Assembly (NCBI GenBank): GCA_029562045.1
Contig: JAKQWJ010000073.1
Coordinates: forward strand, 1-31,404
Length of the DNA stretch: 31,404 nucleotides
Origin: Spirochaetota bacterium
GTDB taxonomy: Bacteria > Spirochaetota > Spirochaetia > DTKZ01
Reading direction: 5' to 3'
Part shown: in pieces, positions 8,746 to 16,055 of the stretch
Layout of the letters: every line of letters starts with the position of its first letter
How positions within the stretch are numbered: position 1 is the stretch's first letter
The notes under the pieces: generated by a model
Told to the model about the DNA's origin: nothing
The model's input: the letters and a program-made list of their open reading frames with translations, nothing else
Databases searched by the model: none
Translations under genes and position numbers: made by a program

Positions 8746-9391
8746 CGGGGGAACCTCCTTTCAGGAAAAAAGGCTTCAATCCGGACAGGACGGACTCGAG
8801 GGTTTCGCCGAACCGGTCCTTTACCGGCCGCAGATGCAGGAAGAAATTCTTGTTGTCCGCGTAGCAGCAGAAGTGGCGCAGGTGTTCGGGGTTCCGGATC
8901 TTTTCCAGAAGTTTCCTGAGTTTTTCGTCCATGCCTCCGCGGTCCCACAGGAGAACGAAGGTTTTTCCGTCCCGGGACACCGTTTCCCGGTTCAGCCCGT
9001 CGAAGCCCGCCACGGCGTTCCGGGCCCGGGACAGGTAGGACTGGGACACGATGTGCCCCTCCCCGGCGAGTTTTCCATCGGCGTAGAGCTGCAGGAAATA
9101 CTTGTCGTAGCGGTTTATCAGCAGGGAAATGGGCATATAGAGCACCGACTGCCGGGGCAGCAGGGTGAAGGTCCCCTTGGCTTCCCGATAGGGCTTCGCC
9201 AATTTATAGACGAAGTTGTACCCGATGGTGCCGCCGAAATTGACGTAATCGGTGTCCCGGGGCTTGAAAACCTCTTCGGCCTCCCGGCTTATCCAGCCGG
9301 AGATCCACCTGTTTTTCTTTCGTCCCCGGAAGTACCCCAGGGTGGAAAACAGCCCCAGGGCGATGAGCGGAATGATGTACTGCTGGTCCAT
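8717..9391 (-). CDS. Single-pass membrane protein, 224 aa, with by-eye similarity to the CCDC47/DUF1682 core
   Basis: True start ATG 9391 (SD GGGGAG) just after the ArsA stop. N-terminal TM YIIPLIALGLFSTLGYF, then the basic stretch RGRKKN and a soluble alpha/beta domain. The CCDC47 similarity is an inference (see findings). Confidence 0.8.
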   Translation of the reverse strand: MDQQYIIPLIALGLFSTLGYFRGRKKNRWISGWISREAEEVFKPRDTDYVNFGGTIGYNFVYKLAKPYREAKGTFTLLPRQSVLYMPISLLINRYDKYFLQLYADGKLAGEGHIVSQSYLSRARNAVAGFDGLNRETVSRDGKTFVLLWDRGGMDEKLRKLLEKIRNPEHLRHFCCYADNKNFFLHLRPVKDRFGETLESVLSGLKPFFLKGGSPDGPGNEKAD

Positions 9392-9399
9392 GTGCTCCC

Positions 9400-10320
9400 C
9401 TATGTTCGCCCGATCAGGTCGTTCTTGAGGTCCTCCACGTCGATCCGGGCAAGATCCTCCGCCCCCCGAACCCCGTCGGGGAGATGGAAGGAGGTGAAAA
9501 CCGGAAATCTCCGGAAACTGTCCTCGACTTTTTCCTTGCATGCCCCTTCGTCGGGGGCCTTGTTCAGGCAGACGCTGTCGATCCGGACCTCCAGCTTTTC
9601 CAGCTCGTGCCGGATCCGCAGGGCCTCCGCCAGGGACAGATCGTCGGGATTGACCACCACCGTGAGGTAGCTCTCCTCCTGAAAAATGCGGTGCAGCCCG
9701 GTGAGCCGGCTGCGTATCCCCGACAGCCGGGAATAGATCCGGTCCTCGTCTTTTTTCACCGCCCCCCGCACCACCGAGGCTTCCGGGTTGAGCCGCAGGA
9801 CAGTCTGCCTCTTCTCCAGAATCTTCTCCCGCATCCCTGTCAGTTCCCGGACCCACATCAGGGAGATGGACGGCATGGCCAGGAACCGCAGGGTCAGCGC
9901 CGTGGGAGGAGTGTCGAAGACGATCAGGTCGTAGTCCTCCCGGTGCTCCCGGTGGATGTGTTCGATGGCCCAGAGGACGGCGTACTCCTCGGTGCCGGGG
10001 GAATACTTCAGGATGTTGATGTAGGAATCCAGGTTGATGGTGGCATGGTATCGGTAATTCTCCCGGATCTCCTCCCGGCTCTCCTTCAGATAGCGGGACA
10101 CCCAGGCCGCCAGATCGATCTCGATGCCGTCCAGCCGGGGCCCCAGGGAAGTCCGGGCATCGGTCAGCCGCGCCCCGAACACGTCCCCCAGGTTATGCGC
10201 CGGGTCCAGGGACACGATGAGGACCTTCCTCCCCTCCCGGCTGATCTGGCTGGCGACGGATGACGATATGGTGGTTTTTCCCACACCACCCTTGCCGAGA
10301 AAGAACGCGAGCTTTTTCAT
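9400..10320 (-). CDS. Single-domain ArsA/Get3(TRC40)-family ATPase
   Basis: Deviant Walker A GKGGVGKTT, switch I DPAHNLGD, SPGTEE, switch II DTPPT..TLRFL, SLAEA.R. Confidence 0.93.
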   Translation of the reverse strand: MKKLAFFLGKGGVGKTTISSSVASQISREGRKVLIVSLDPAHNLGDVFGARLTDARTSLGPRLDGIEIDLAAWVSRYLKESREEIRENYRYHATINLDSYINILKYSPGTEEYAVLWAIEHIHREHREDYDLIVFDTPPTALTLRFLAMPSISLMWVRELTGMREKILEKRQTVLRLNPEASVVRGAVKKDEDRIYSRLSGIRSRLTGLHRIFQEESYLTVVVNPDDLSLAEALRIRHELEKLEVRIDSVCLNKAPDEGACKEKVEDSFRRFPVFTSFHLPDGVRGAEDLARIDVEDLKNDLIGRT

Positions 10321-10329
10321 GCCTTCCCC

Positions 10330-10623
10330 CTAATCCACATGCAGCATGCCCATGACGGCCCCCAGCGGGTCCTGGGCGAAGTCGGCCCGGGAAACCATCA
10401 GGCCGATCTCGTCCTCCATGAAAGGCAGAAGCTCCATGGCCATGGCCGCGGGGGGTGATGGAAGGCCGATGAAACTTCCCAGGAGCAGGATGACGAAGAT
10501 GTTCTCCATCTCCTTGACCTCGAACTCCAGCATGTCCGTGGCCTTGTCCCGGTTGACCTGGACGACGACCTTCCAGAACTTCCGGACGAAATCCCAGGCT
10601 TTATGCAGGACACCCTCACGCAT
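10330..10623 (-). CDS. 97-aa CstA-associated protein (distant cory-CC-star-like), Met-rich
   Basis: SD GGGAGG. The core EMENIFVILLLGSFIGLPSPPAAMAMELLP resembles the E.EDLFML...E.LGIPNP....LELLP core of small proteins encoded between cstA and arsA-like genes. Confidence 0.78.
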   Translation of the reverse strand: MREGVLHKAWDFVRKFWKVVVQVNRDKATDMLEFEVKEMENIFVILLLGSFIGLPSPPAAMAMELLPFMEDEIGLMVSRADFAQDPLGAVMGMLHVD

Positions 10624-10677
10624 CGAGAATCCTCCCGGGGCAAGAATGACAATTTTTCCCTTTTTCGTCCAGAGACG

Positions 10678-10710
10678 AAAAAGCCCGCGCGACGCTGCCG
10701 CCGCGCGGGC
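10678..10710 (-). terminator. Intrinsic terminator-like hairpin directly after cstA
   Basis: Minus strand GCCCGCGCG-10 nt loop-CGCGCGGGC-TTTTT. Confidence 0.7.
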
Positions 10711-10737
10711 CCGAATGCGGATTTTACCGGGAAAGGA

Positions 10738-12438
10738 TCAGGCCTTCGCTCCGGCGACGGCCTTCTTTCCGAAGTTTTTCAGGAACTCGTAGATCATGAA
10801 GAAGTTGAGCCCCAGCATGACCACGTTGATGGTCCCCACGGCGGACCCGGTGATGACGTTCTTGATGTTCGCCATGTCTTTGAAGAAGGTCGGAACGATG
10901 ATGAGCATGTACCAGATGATGCCCACGGTGACGGTGACCCACAGCAGGACCGCGGGGATGAGAACCAGGTTCGTGTACTTCTCGTTGAGCTTCTTCTTGA
11001 CCCACATGGCCGCGGTGAGCATGACGATGGAGGCGATGAGCTGGTTGGCGCCGGAGAAGGCCGGCCACAGGACGTTGTAGTTGCCGCTCCAGGCGAGGCC
11101 GATCCCCAGGAAGGCCATGATCAGGGACGCGATCCATTTGTTGGCGAAGAAGCTGTAGGCGGCGGTGTTTTTCTCTTTCAGGGGCAGGGCCAGCTCGCTG
11201 ACGATGTAGCGGCCCAGCCGGTTGGTGGTGTCCAGCGTGGTGAGGGCGAAGGACGAAACCCAGATGGCCGCGAAGAGGGTCATGAACTCCTTGGTCATGA
11301 ACGGGAAGGCGTGGTTGACCATGGCCCCGAAGCTCTGGGTGAAGCGGGGAATGGCTCCGGTCTTCAGGACCGTGGCGGTGTCTTTGAAGGCCAGCAGGCC
11401 GAAACCGGCGATGGAGATGACCACGATGGTGGACAGGAAGCCCTCGGTGAGCATGGAGCCGTAGCCGACGAACAGGGCGTCTTTTTCATCCCGGAGCTGT
11501 TTGGAGCTGGTTCCGGAGGCCACCAGGGAGTGGAAACCCGACAGGGCGCCGCAGGCTATGACCAGCGGGACGGTGGGCCAGAAGGGGGAGGGCTGTCCGC
11601 CGATGACCTTGGCGCTGAAACTGGTATACACCGGGATCGCATCGAAGCTTTTCATGGTGACGACCGCCGCGATGCCTCCGACAACGATGCCGAAGTACAG
11701 AAGGAAGGAGTTCAGGTAGTCCCGGGGCTGCAGCAGGATGTTCACCGGCATGGCCGAGGCGATGACGATGTACAGGAAGATCACCGCGAACCAGATGTTT
11801 TTGCTGGCCTTGATCCCGTAGGTTCCGCCGAGCCAGAAGGCCCCGATGAGAAGGACGATGCCCACCAGGGTGCTGATCCCGACCCCCAGCTTGGTGTTGT
11901 ACATCAGGTATCCCAGCAGGACGGCGGCGGCGCAGAACAGGAAGAATGTGGACGCCACTTCCCCGCTTCCGCCGGCAAACTGACCCGCCACGATGTCGCC
12001 GAAAGCCGCCACCACCAGGATGCAGAGGAACAGAATGAACCAGGCGAAGGACTTTCCCGCGCCCTTGCCCATGAGGTCCTGGGCCACGAACTGCACCGAC
12101 CGTCCGTCGTAGCGCACCGATGCGGTCAGGGCCAGGTAGTCGTGGATGGCGCCGATGAAGATGTTGCCGAACCAGATCCACAGAAGCCCCGGCAGCCACC
12201 CCCAGGCCACCGCCAGGGCGGGTCCGGTGATGGGCCCTGCGCCGGCTATGGACGCGAAGTGGTGACCGAAAAGAACGTACTTGCTGGTGGGGACATAGTC
12301 CACCCCGTCGGAGAGGCGTTTAGACGGGGCCTCCGGCGCCTCGTGCGACCGCAGCAGGTTGGTCTGGATTTTTCTTCCGTTGACGAAATAAAAAACCAGA
12401 TATATCGCCAGGGCGATAACAGCAATTAAAGCACTCAT
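10738..12438 (-). CDS. cstA: Carbon starvation protein A family transporter (peptide/pyruvate)
   Basis: DGVDYVPT, VLFGHHFASIAGAGPITGP, QPRDYLNS, IACGALSGFHSL.ASGTSSKQL, YGSMLTEG, TTLDT..RLGRY, LWP.FSGANQL. Confidence 0.96.
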   Translation of the reverse strand: MSALIAVIALAIYLVFYFVNGRKIQTNLLRSHEAPEAPSKRLSDGVDYVPTSKYVLFGHHFASIAGAGPITGPALAVAWGWLPGLLWIWFGNIFIGAIHDYLALTASVRYDGRSVQFVAQDLMGKGAGKSFAWFILFLCILVVAAFGDIVAGQFAGGSGEVASTFFLFCAAAVLLGYLMYNTKLGVGISTLVGIVLLIGAFWLGGTYGIKASKNIWFAVIFLYIVIASAMPVNILLQPRDYLNSFLLYFGIVVGGIAAVVTMKSFDAIPVYTSFSAKVIGGQPSPFWPTVPLVIACGALSGFHSLVASGTSSKQLRDEKDALFVGYGSMLTEGFLSTIVVISIAGFGLLAFKDTATVLKTGAIPRFTQSFGAMVNHAFPFMTKEFMTLFAAIWVSSFALTTLDTTNRLGRYIVSELALPLKEKNTAAYSFFANKWIASLIMAFLGIGLAWSGNYNVLWPAFSGANQLIASIVMLTAAMWVKKKLNEKYTNLVLIPAVLLWVTVTVGIIWYMLIIVPTFFKDMANIKNVITGSAVGTINVVMLGLNFFMIYEFLKNFGKKAVAGAKA

Positions 12439-12477
12439 TCAATCCTCCTACATTGTATCTTGTGGTATCGCTGCCGA

Positions 12478-12506
12478 ATTCTACGCTCCTATTCACCAAT
12501 TGTCAA
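12478..12506 (-). promoter_or_regulatory. sigma70 promoter of the cstA operon
   Basis: TTGACA-17-TAGAAT on the minus strand, about 40 nt upstream of the ATG with SD AGGAGG. Confidence 0.85.
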
Positions 12507-12524
12507 GGAAATCATTCCGCCCTG

Positions 12525-12613
12525 TTTTCCCCGCGCCGGGAGGCCCCCGCATACGTTTAAACCCGAAAAACAATCCCGGCACTTCTCTTTTTCCCGCGCC
12601 GGGGGGCCCCCGC
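12525..12613. repeat. Two near-identical ~25-bp direct repeats in the cstA/ndk divergent intergenic region
   Basis: TTTTCCCCGCGCCGGGAGGCCCCCGC (12525-12550) and TTTTCCCGCGCCGGGGGGCCCCCGC (12589-12613), starts 64 bp apart. Confidence 0.8.
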
Positions 12614-12652
12614 CCCCTTGCGGCATTCCATATTTTCAGGAAAACTGTCGCC

Positions 12653-13105
12653 ATGGCAATGGAACGGACCTTCGTGATGCTGAAACCCGGGACGCTGCAG
12701 CGCCGGATCCTGGGAGAACTCATCTCCCGGTTCGAACGCAAAGGGCTGAAGATCGTCGCCCTCAGGCTGACCCGGATGTCCCCGGAACTCTGCGGGCTCC
12801 ACTACGCCGAACATCGGGACAGGGACTTTTTTCCGGATCTCACGGCATACATGACCTCCGGCCCCGTCCTGGCCATGGCCCTGGAGGGGGAATCCGCCGT
12901 CACCGCGGCCCGCGGTCTCTGCGGCCCCACCCAGACGGAGACGGCTCCTCCGGGAACGATCCGGGGGGACTTCGGGGCCCGGACCCGGAAAAACATCGTC
13001 CATGCCTCGGATTCGCCGGAAAGCGCCGCCCGGGAGCTGGGCCTGTTCTTCTCCCCTGAAGACTACCATAATTGGGAGGACGACAATGCCCGATGGTTCG
13101 TCTAG
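12653..13105 (+). CDS. ndk: Nucleoside-diphosphate kinase
   Basis: ERTFVMLKP, SGPV.AM.LEG, PGTIRGDF, KNIVHASDS (phospho-His). Start ATG 12653 (alternative 12659). Confidence 0.97.
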   Translation: MAMERTFVMLKPGTLQRRILGELISRFERKGLKIVALRLTRMSPELCGLHYAEHRDRDFFPDLTAYMTSGPVLAMALEGESAVTAARGLCGPTQTETAPPGTIRGDFGARTRKNIVHASDSPESAARELGLFFSPEDYHNWEDDNARWFV

Positions 13106-14867
13106 TCCGTCGCTGCCGCGCTGGAACCTGGAGGTCCCCTACCCCGGGCTGGAATCCCCCGGGTTCCGGCGGGAGAAGGATCTCCTGCGCCGGCTCGTCC
13201 GCCGGGCGGCGGGGGCAGCCACCCGGGCCGCGGCTCCGGGGGAAGAGGGGCGGCTCCTTCTCTCCCATATCGAGGCCTATAACCGGGCGGCGGCCCTTCA
13301 CGAAAAACTGTCCGCCTACGCCTACATGCACTTCTCCACGGATACCGGCAGCGCCGCCGCGGCCCGGGAACTGGAGGCCCTGGACACCCTGGCCCTCCCC
13401 CTGCGGAGGGCGGAGACGGAGTTCCGTGTCCTTCTGGGGGAGATGAAGACCCCGGTGGCGGCGCTCCTCCGGACCCACGCGGCCCTGCGTCCCTACGGGA
13501 GTTTTCTCCGGGAGCAGCGCTATCTGTCAAAACGGCAGATGACCCCGGACCTGGAGGAGCTGGCGGCGGACCTCGCCCTTTCCGGCGCCGACGCCTGGGA
13601 GAGGCTGCAGCAGGCGGTGTCCGCCGGTGTATCCATGGAATGGTCGAAGAAGGAGCGCAAGACCCTGGTGGAGCTGCGCTCCCTGGCCTCCCACCGGGAC
13701 CGGACGATCCGGGAGAAGGCCTATCGCCTGGAGCTGGCGGGCTGGGAAGGGGTCACGGTGCCCCTGGGCTTCGCCCTGAACGGGGTCAAGGGCTTTTCCA
13801 TCAGCCTGAACCGCCGCCGGGGCTGGCGGGACACCCTGGAGAAGACGGTCCGGCAGAGCCGCATGAGTCCCGCGTCCTTCCGCTGTCTCCTGGAGGCGAT
13901 GAACGAGGCCCTGCCGGTTTTCCGGCGGTACTACCGGGCCAAGGCCTGGGCGCTGGGCCTCCCGAAGCTGGCCTTCTTCGACCTTTTCGCCCCCCTGGGA
14001 AAGGAAAAGCGGCGATGGACCTTTCCCCGCGCCGTCGATTACATCGCCGGGAAGTTCTCCCTTTTCTCCCCCGATCTGGGGGATTTCGCTCGCCGGGCCG
14101 CCGTGGAAAGATGGATCGACGCGGAGCCCCGGAAGGGGAAAATCGGCGGGGCCTACTGCATCGGACTGGGCCGGGAGAGCCGGATCTTCTGCAACTTCGA
14201 CGGGACCTTCTCATCGGTCTCCACCCTGGCCCACGAGCTGGGGCACGCCTACCATCACGAGGTGCTGAAAGACGCGGCGCCGCTCCTCCGCTCCTACCCC
14301 ATGACCCTGGCGGAGACGGCCTCCATCTTCTCCGAAACCATCGTCATGGATGGGGCCCTGGAGACCGCCCCGCCGGAGGAGCGCCTGTACCTGGTGGAGC
14401 AGCATCTGCAGGACTCCGGACAGGTGGTGGTGGACATCCTGTCCCGTTTCAATTTCGAAAAGGAGCTCTTCGCCCGCCGGGAGCGGGGCTCCCTGTCACC
14501 GGAAGACCTTTCCCTCGCCATGCGGAGGGCCCAGCGGGAAACCTACGGTCCGGTCCTGGACGAGGAGTATCAGCACCCCTACATGTGGGCGGTGAAGGGC
14601 CACTACTATCGGCAGGACCTGGCCTTCTACAACTTCCCCTACGCCTTCGGCCTGCTCTTCGCCCTGGGTCTGGCGGCCCGGTACCGGACGGAGGGGCCCG
14701 GCTTCGCAGCGGTTTACCGGAAGATCCTGGCCGCCGCGGGAAGCCACTCCGCCGTTGAAACCGCCCGCCTGGCGGGGTTCGATCTGGAAACGCCCGGGTT
14801 CTGGCGCGCCGGCGTCGAAAAAATCGCCGGATATGTCGACATCTTCGAAGGAATGGTGAAATCATGA
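13086..14867 (+). CDS. pepF: M3B oligoendopeptidase F family peptidase
   Basis: HEXXH in TLAHELGHAYH, KIGGAYC, LAETASIFSE, FYNFPYAFG; start ATG 13086 (SD GGGAGG) overlapping the end of ndk. Confidence 0.92.
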   Translation: MPDGSSSPSLPRWNLEVPYPGLESPGFRREKDLLRRLVRRAAGAATRAAAPGEEGRLLLSHIEAYNRAAALHEKLSAYAYMHFSTDTGSAAAARELEALDTLALPLRRAETEFRVLLGEMKTPVAALLRTHAALRPYGSFLREQRYLSKRQMTPDLEELAADLALSGADAWERLQQAVSAGVSMEWSKKERKTLVELRSLASHRDRTIREKAYRLELAGWEGVTVPLGFALNGVKGFSISLNRRRGWRDTLEKTVRQSRMSPASFRCLLEAMNEALPVFRRYYRAKAWALGLPKLAFFDLFAPLGKEKRRWTFPRAVDYIAGKFSLFSPDLGDFARRAAVERWIDAEPRKGKIGGAYCIGLGRESRIFCNFDGTFSSVSTLAHELGHAYHHEVLKDAAPLLRSYPMTLAETASIFSETIVMDGALETAPPEERLYLVEQHLQDSGQVVVDILSRFNFEKELFARRERGSLSPEDLSLAMRRAQRETYGPVLDEEYQHPYMWAVKGHYYRQDLAFYNFPYAFGLLFALGLAARYRTEGPGFAAVYRKILAAAGSHSAVETARLAGFDLETPGFWRAGVEKIAGYVDIFEGMVKS

Positions 14868-15922
14868 AAAACACGGTGACGATTCTCGGCGCCGGCGCCT
14901 GGGGCACGGCCATCGCGAAGGCAGTGGCGGAGAAGGGCTTCCCGGTGCGGCTCTGGAGTTTCGAGGCGGAGGTGGCGGCGGACATCAACGGAAATCGGCG
15001 CAACTCCCGGTATCTTCCCGATGTCCCCCTTCCCGGGGGGATCACCGCGGACACGGACATCCGCCGGGCCGCCGAGGGGGCGGAGTTCATCATCATCGCC
15101 ACCCCCTCCCTCCACATCCTCCCGGCGGTGAAAAGCATCCTGGCGGCCTCCAACGTCATGGAGGGGCAGAGCCTCATCGGGGTCCTGTCCAAGGGTTTCG
15201 TCACCACCGACGCGGGGCCCCGGCTCATCGTCGCCGCCCTGGAGGACTATCTGCCGGGCTTCTACAAGAACAACCTGGTGTACATCTCCGGTCCCAGCCA
15301 CGCGGAGGAGGTGGCCCGGGGGAAACTCACGGGGCTCATCAGCGCATCGGCCAACGGGAAGAACTCCATCCGCTTCCGGGAGCTTCTGTCTTCCCCGACC
15401 CTGATGGTGTTCAGCTCCTTCGACGTGGTGGGGGTGCAGGTCTGCGGGGCCTGCAAGAACGTGGTGGCGGTGGCCTTCGGGATGCTGGACGCCCTGAAGG
15501 AGACCTCCTCCTTCGTGGGGGACAACACCGAGAGCCTCCTTCTGGCGGCGGGGCTCAACGAGATCCAGGCCCTGGGGCTGGCCCTGGGGGCCACCCACCC
15601 GGAGACCTTCACCTCCATCGCCGGAGTGGGCGACCTGGACGTCACCTGCCGGAGCCGCTACGGGAGAAACCGCCGCTTCGGCCGGCAGATCATCCTGGAC
15701 GGGATACTGGACAGGTTCCGGGACATGGACGACCTCTTCGCCCGGCTTCCGGAAATCGGCTACCTGCCCGAGGGGGCGGTGGCGGGGCGGGCGGTGTATC
15801 ATCTGGGCCGGCAGAGGGGCCTGAAGCTCCCCATAATGGAAACGGTCCACCGGATACTGAACCGGGAGGGGCAGCCCATCCCCCTCATCGAGGAACTCAT
15901 CGCCACCCTCACGAAGACCTAG
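14864..15922 (+). CDS. gpsA: NAD(P)H-dependent glycerol-3-phosphate dehydrogenase
   Basis: GAGAWGTA, SKG, SGPSHAEEVA, GACKNVVA.A.G, GVGDL.VTC.S..GRNRRFG; ATGA overlap with pepF. Confidence 0.96.
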   Translation: MKNTVTILGAGAWGTAIAKAVAEKGFPVRLWSFEAEVAADINGNRRNSRYLPDVPLPGGITADTDIRRAAEGAEFIIIATPSLHILPAVKSILAASNVMEGQSLIGVLSKGFVTTDAGPRLIVAALEDYLPGFYKNNLVYISGPSHAEEVARGKLTGLISASANGKNSIRFRELLSSPTLMVFSSFDVVGVQVCGACKNVVAVAFGMLDALKETSSFVGDNTESLLLAAGLNEIQALGLALGATHPETFTSIAGVGDLDVTCRSRYGRNRRFGRQIILDGILDRFRDMDDLFARLPEIGYLPEGAVAGRAVYHLGRQRGLKLPIMETVHRILNREGQPIPLIEELIATLTKT

Positions 15923-15995
15923 GTCCGGCCTGTGGGGGCCGCGGCCCCCCCTGACTGCCGGGGAACCGCCGCATCCCGGGTCTGACGCCCTCCGG

Positions 15996-16050
15996 CTTCC
16001 CGGGGGCTTCCCGGGGGCTTCCCGGCTGCTTCCCGGGGGTTTCCCGGGGG
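15996..16050. repeat. 11-bp tandem repeat, 5 copies (CTTCCCGGGGG)
   Basis: Units start at 15996, 16007, 16018 (variant ..GGCTG), 16029 and 16040 (TTTCCC..); between the convergent gpsA and gpgS ends. Confidence 0.9.
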
Positions 16051-16055
16051 CGCCC

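Noticed and set aside
8717-9856. 379-aa track ORF as a whole
   Set aside because: The first 155 codons overlap the ArsA-like gene in another frame; the real start is ATG 9391 with an SD
9400-10320. Arsenic-resistance operon
   Set aside because: No arsR, arsB/acr3, arsC or arsD; single-domain ATPase without the metalloid-binding Cys set; the context is cstA
10330-10332. Selenocysteine or pyrrolysine read-through in the small CstA-associated protein
   Set aside because: The stop is TAG, not TGA; the next gene starts 9 nt later; no SECIS-like hairpin or pyl context seen
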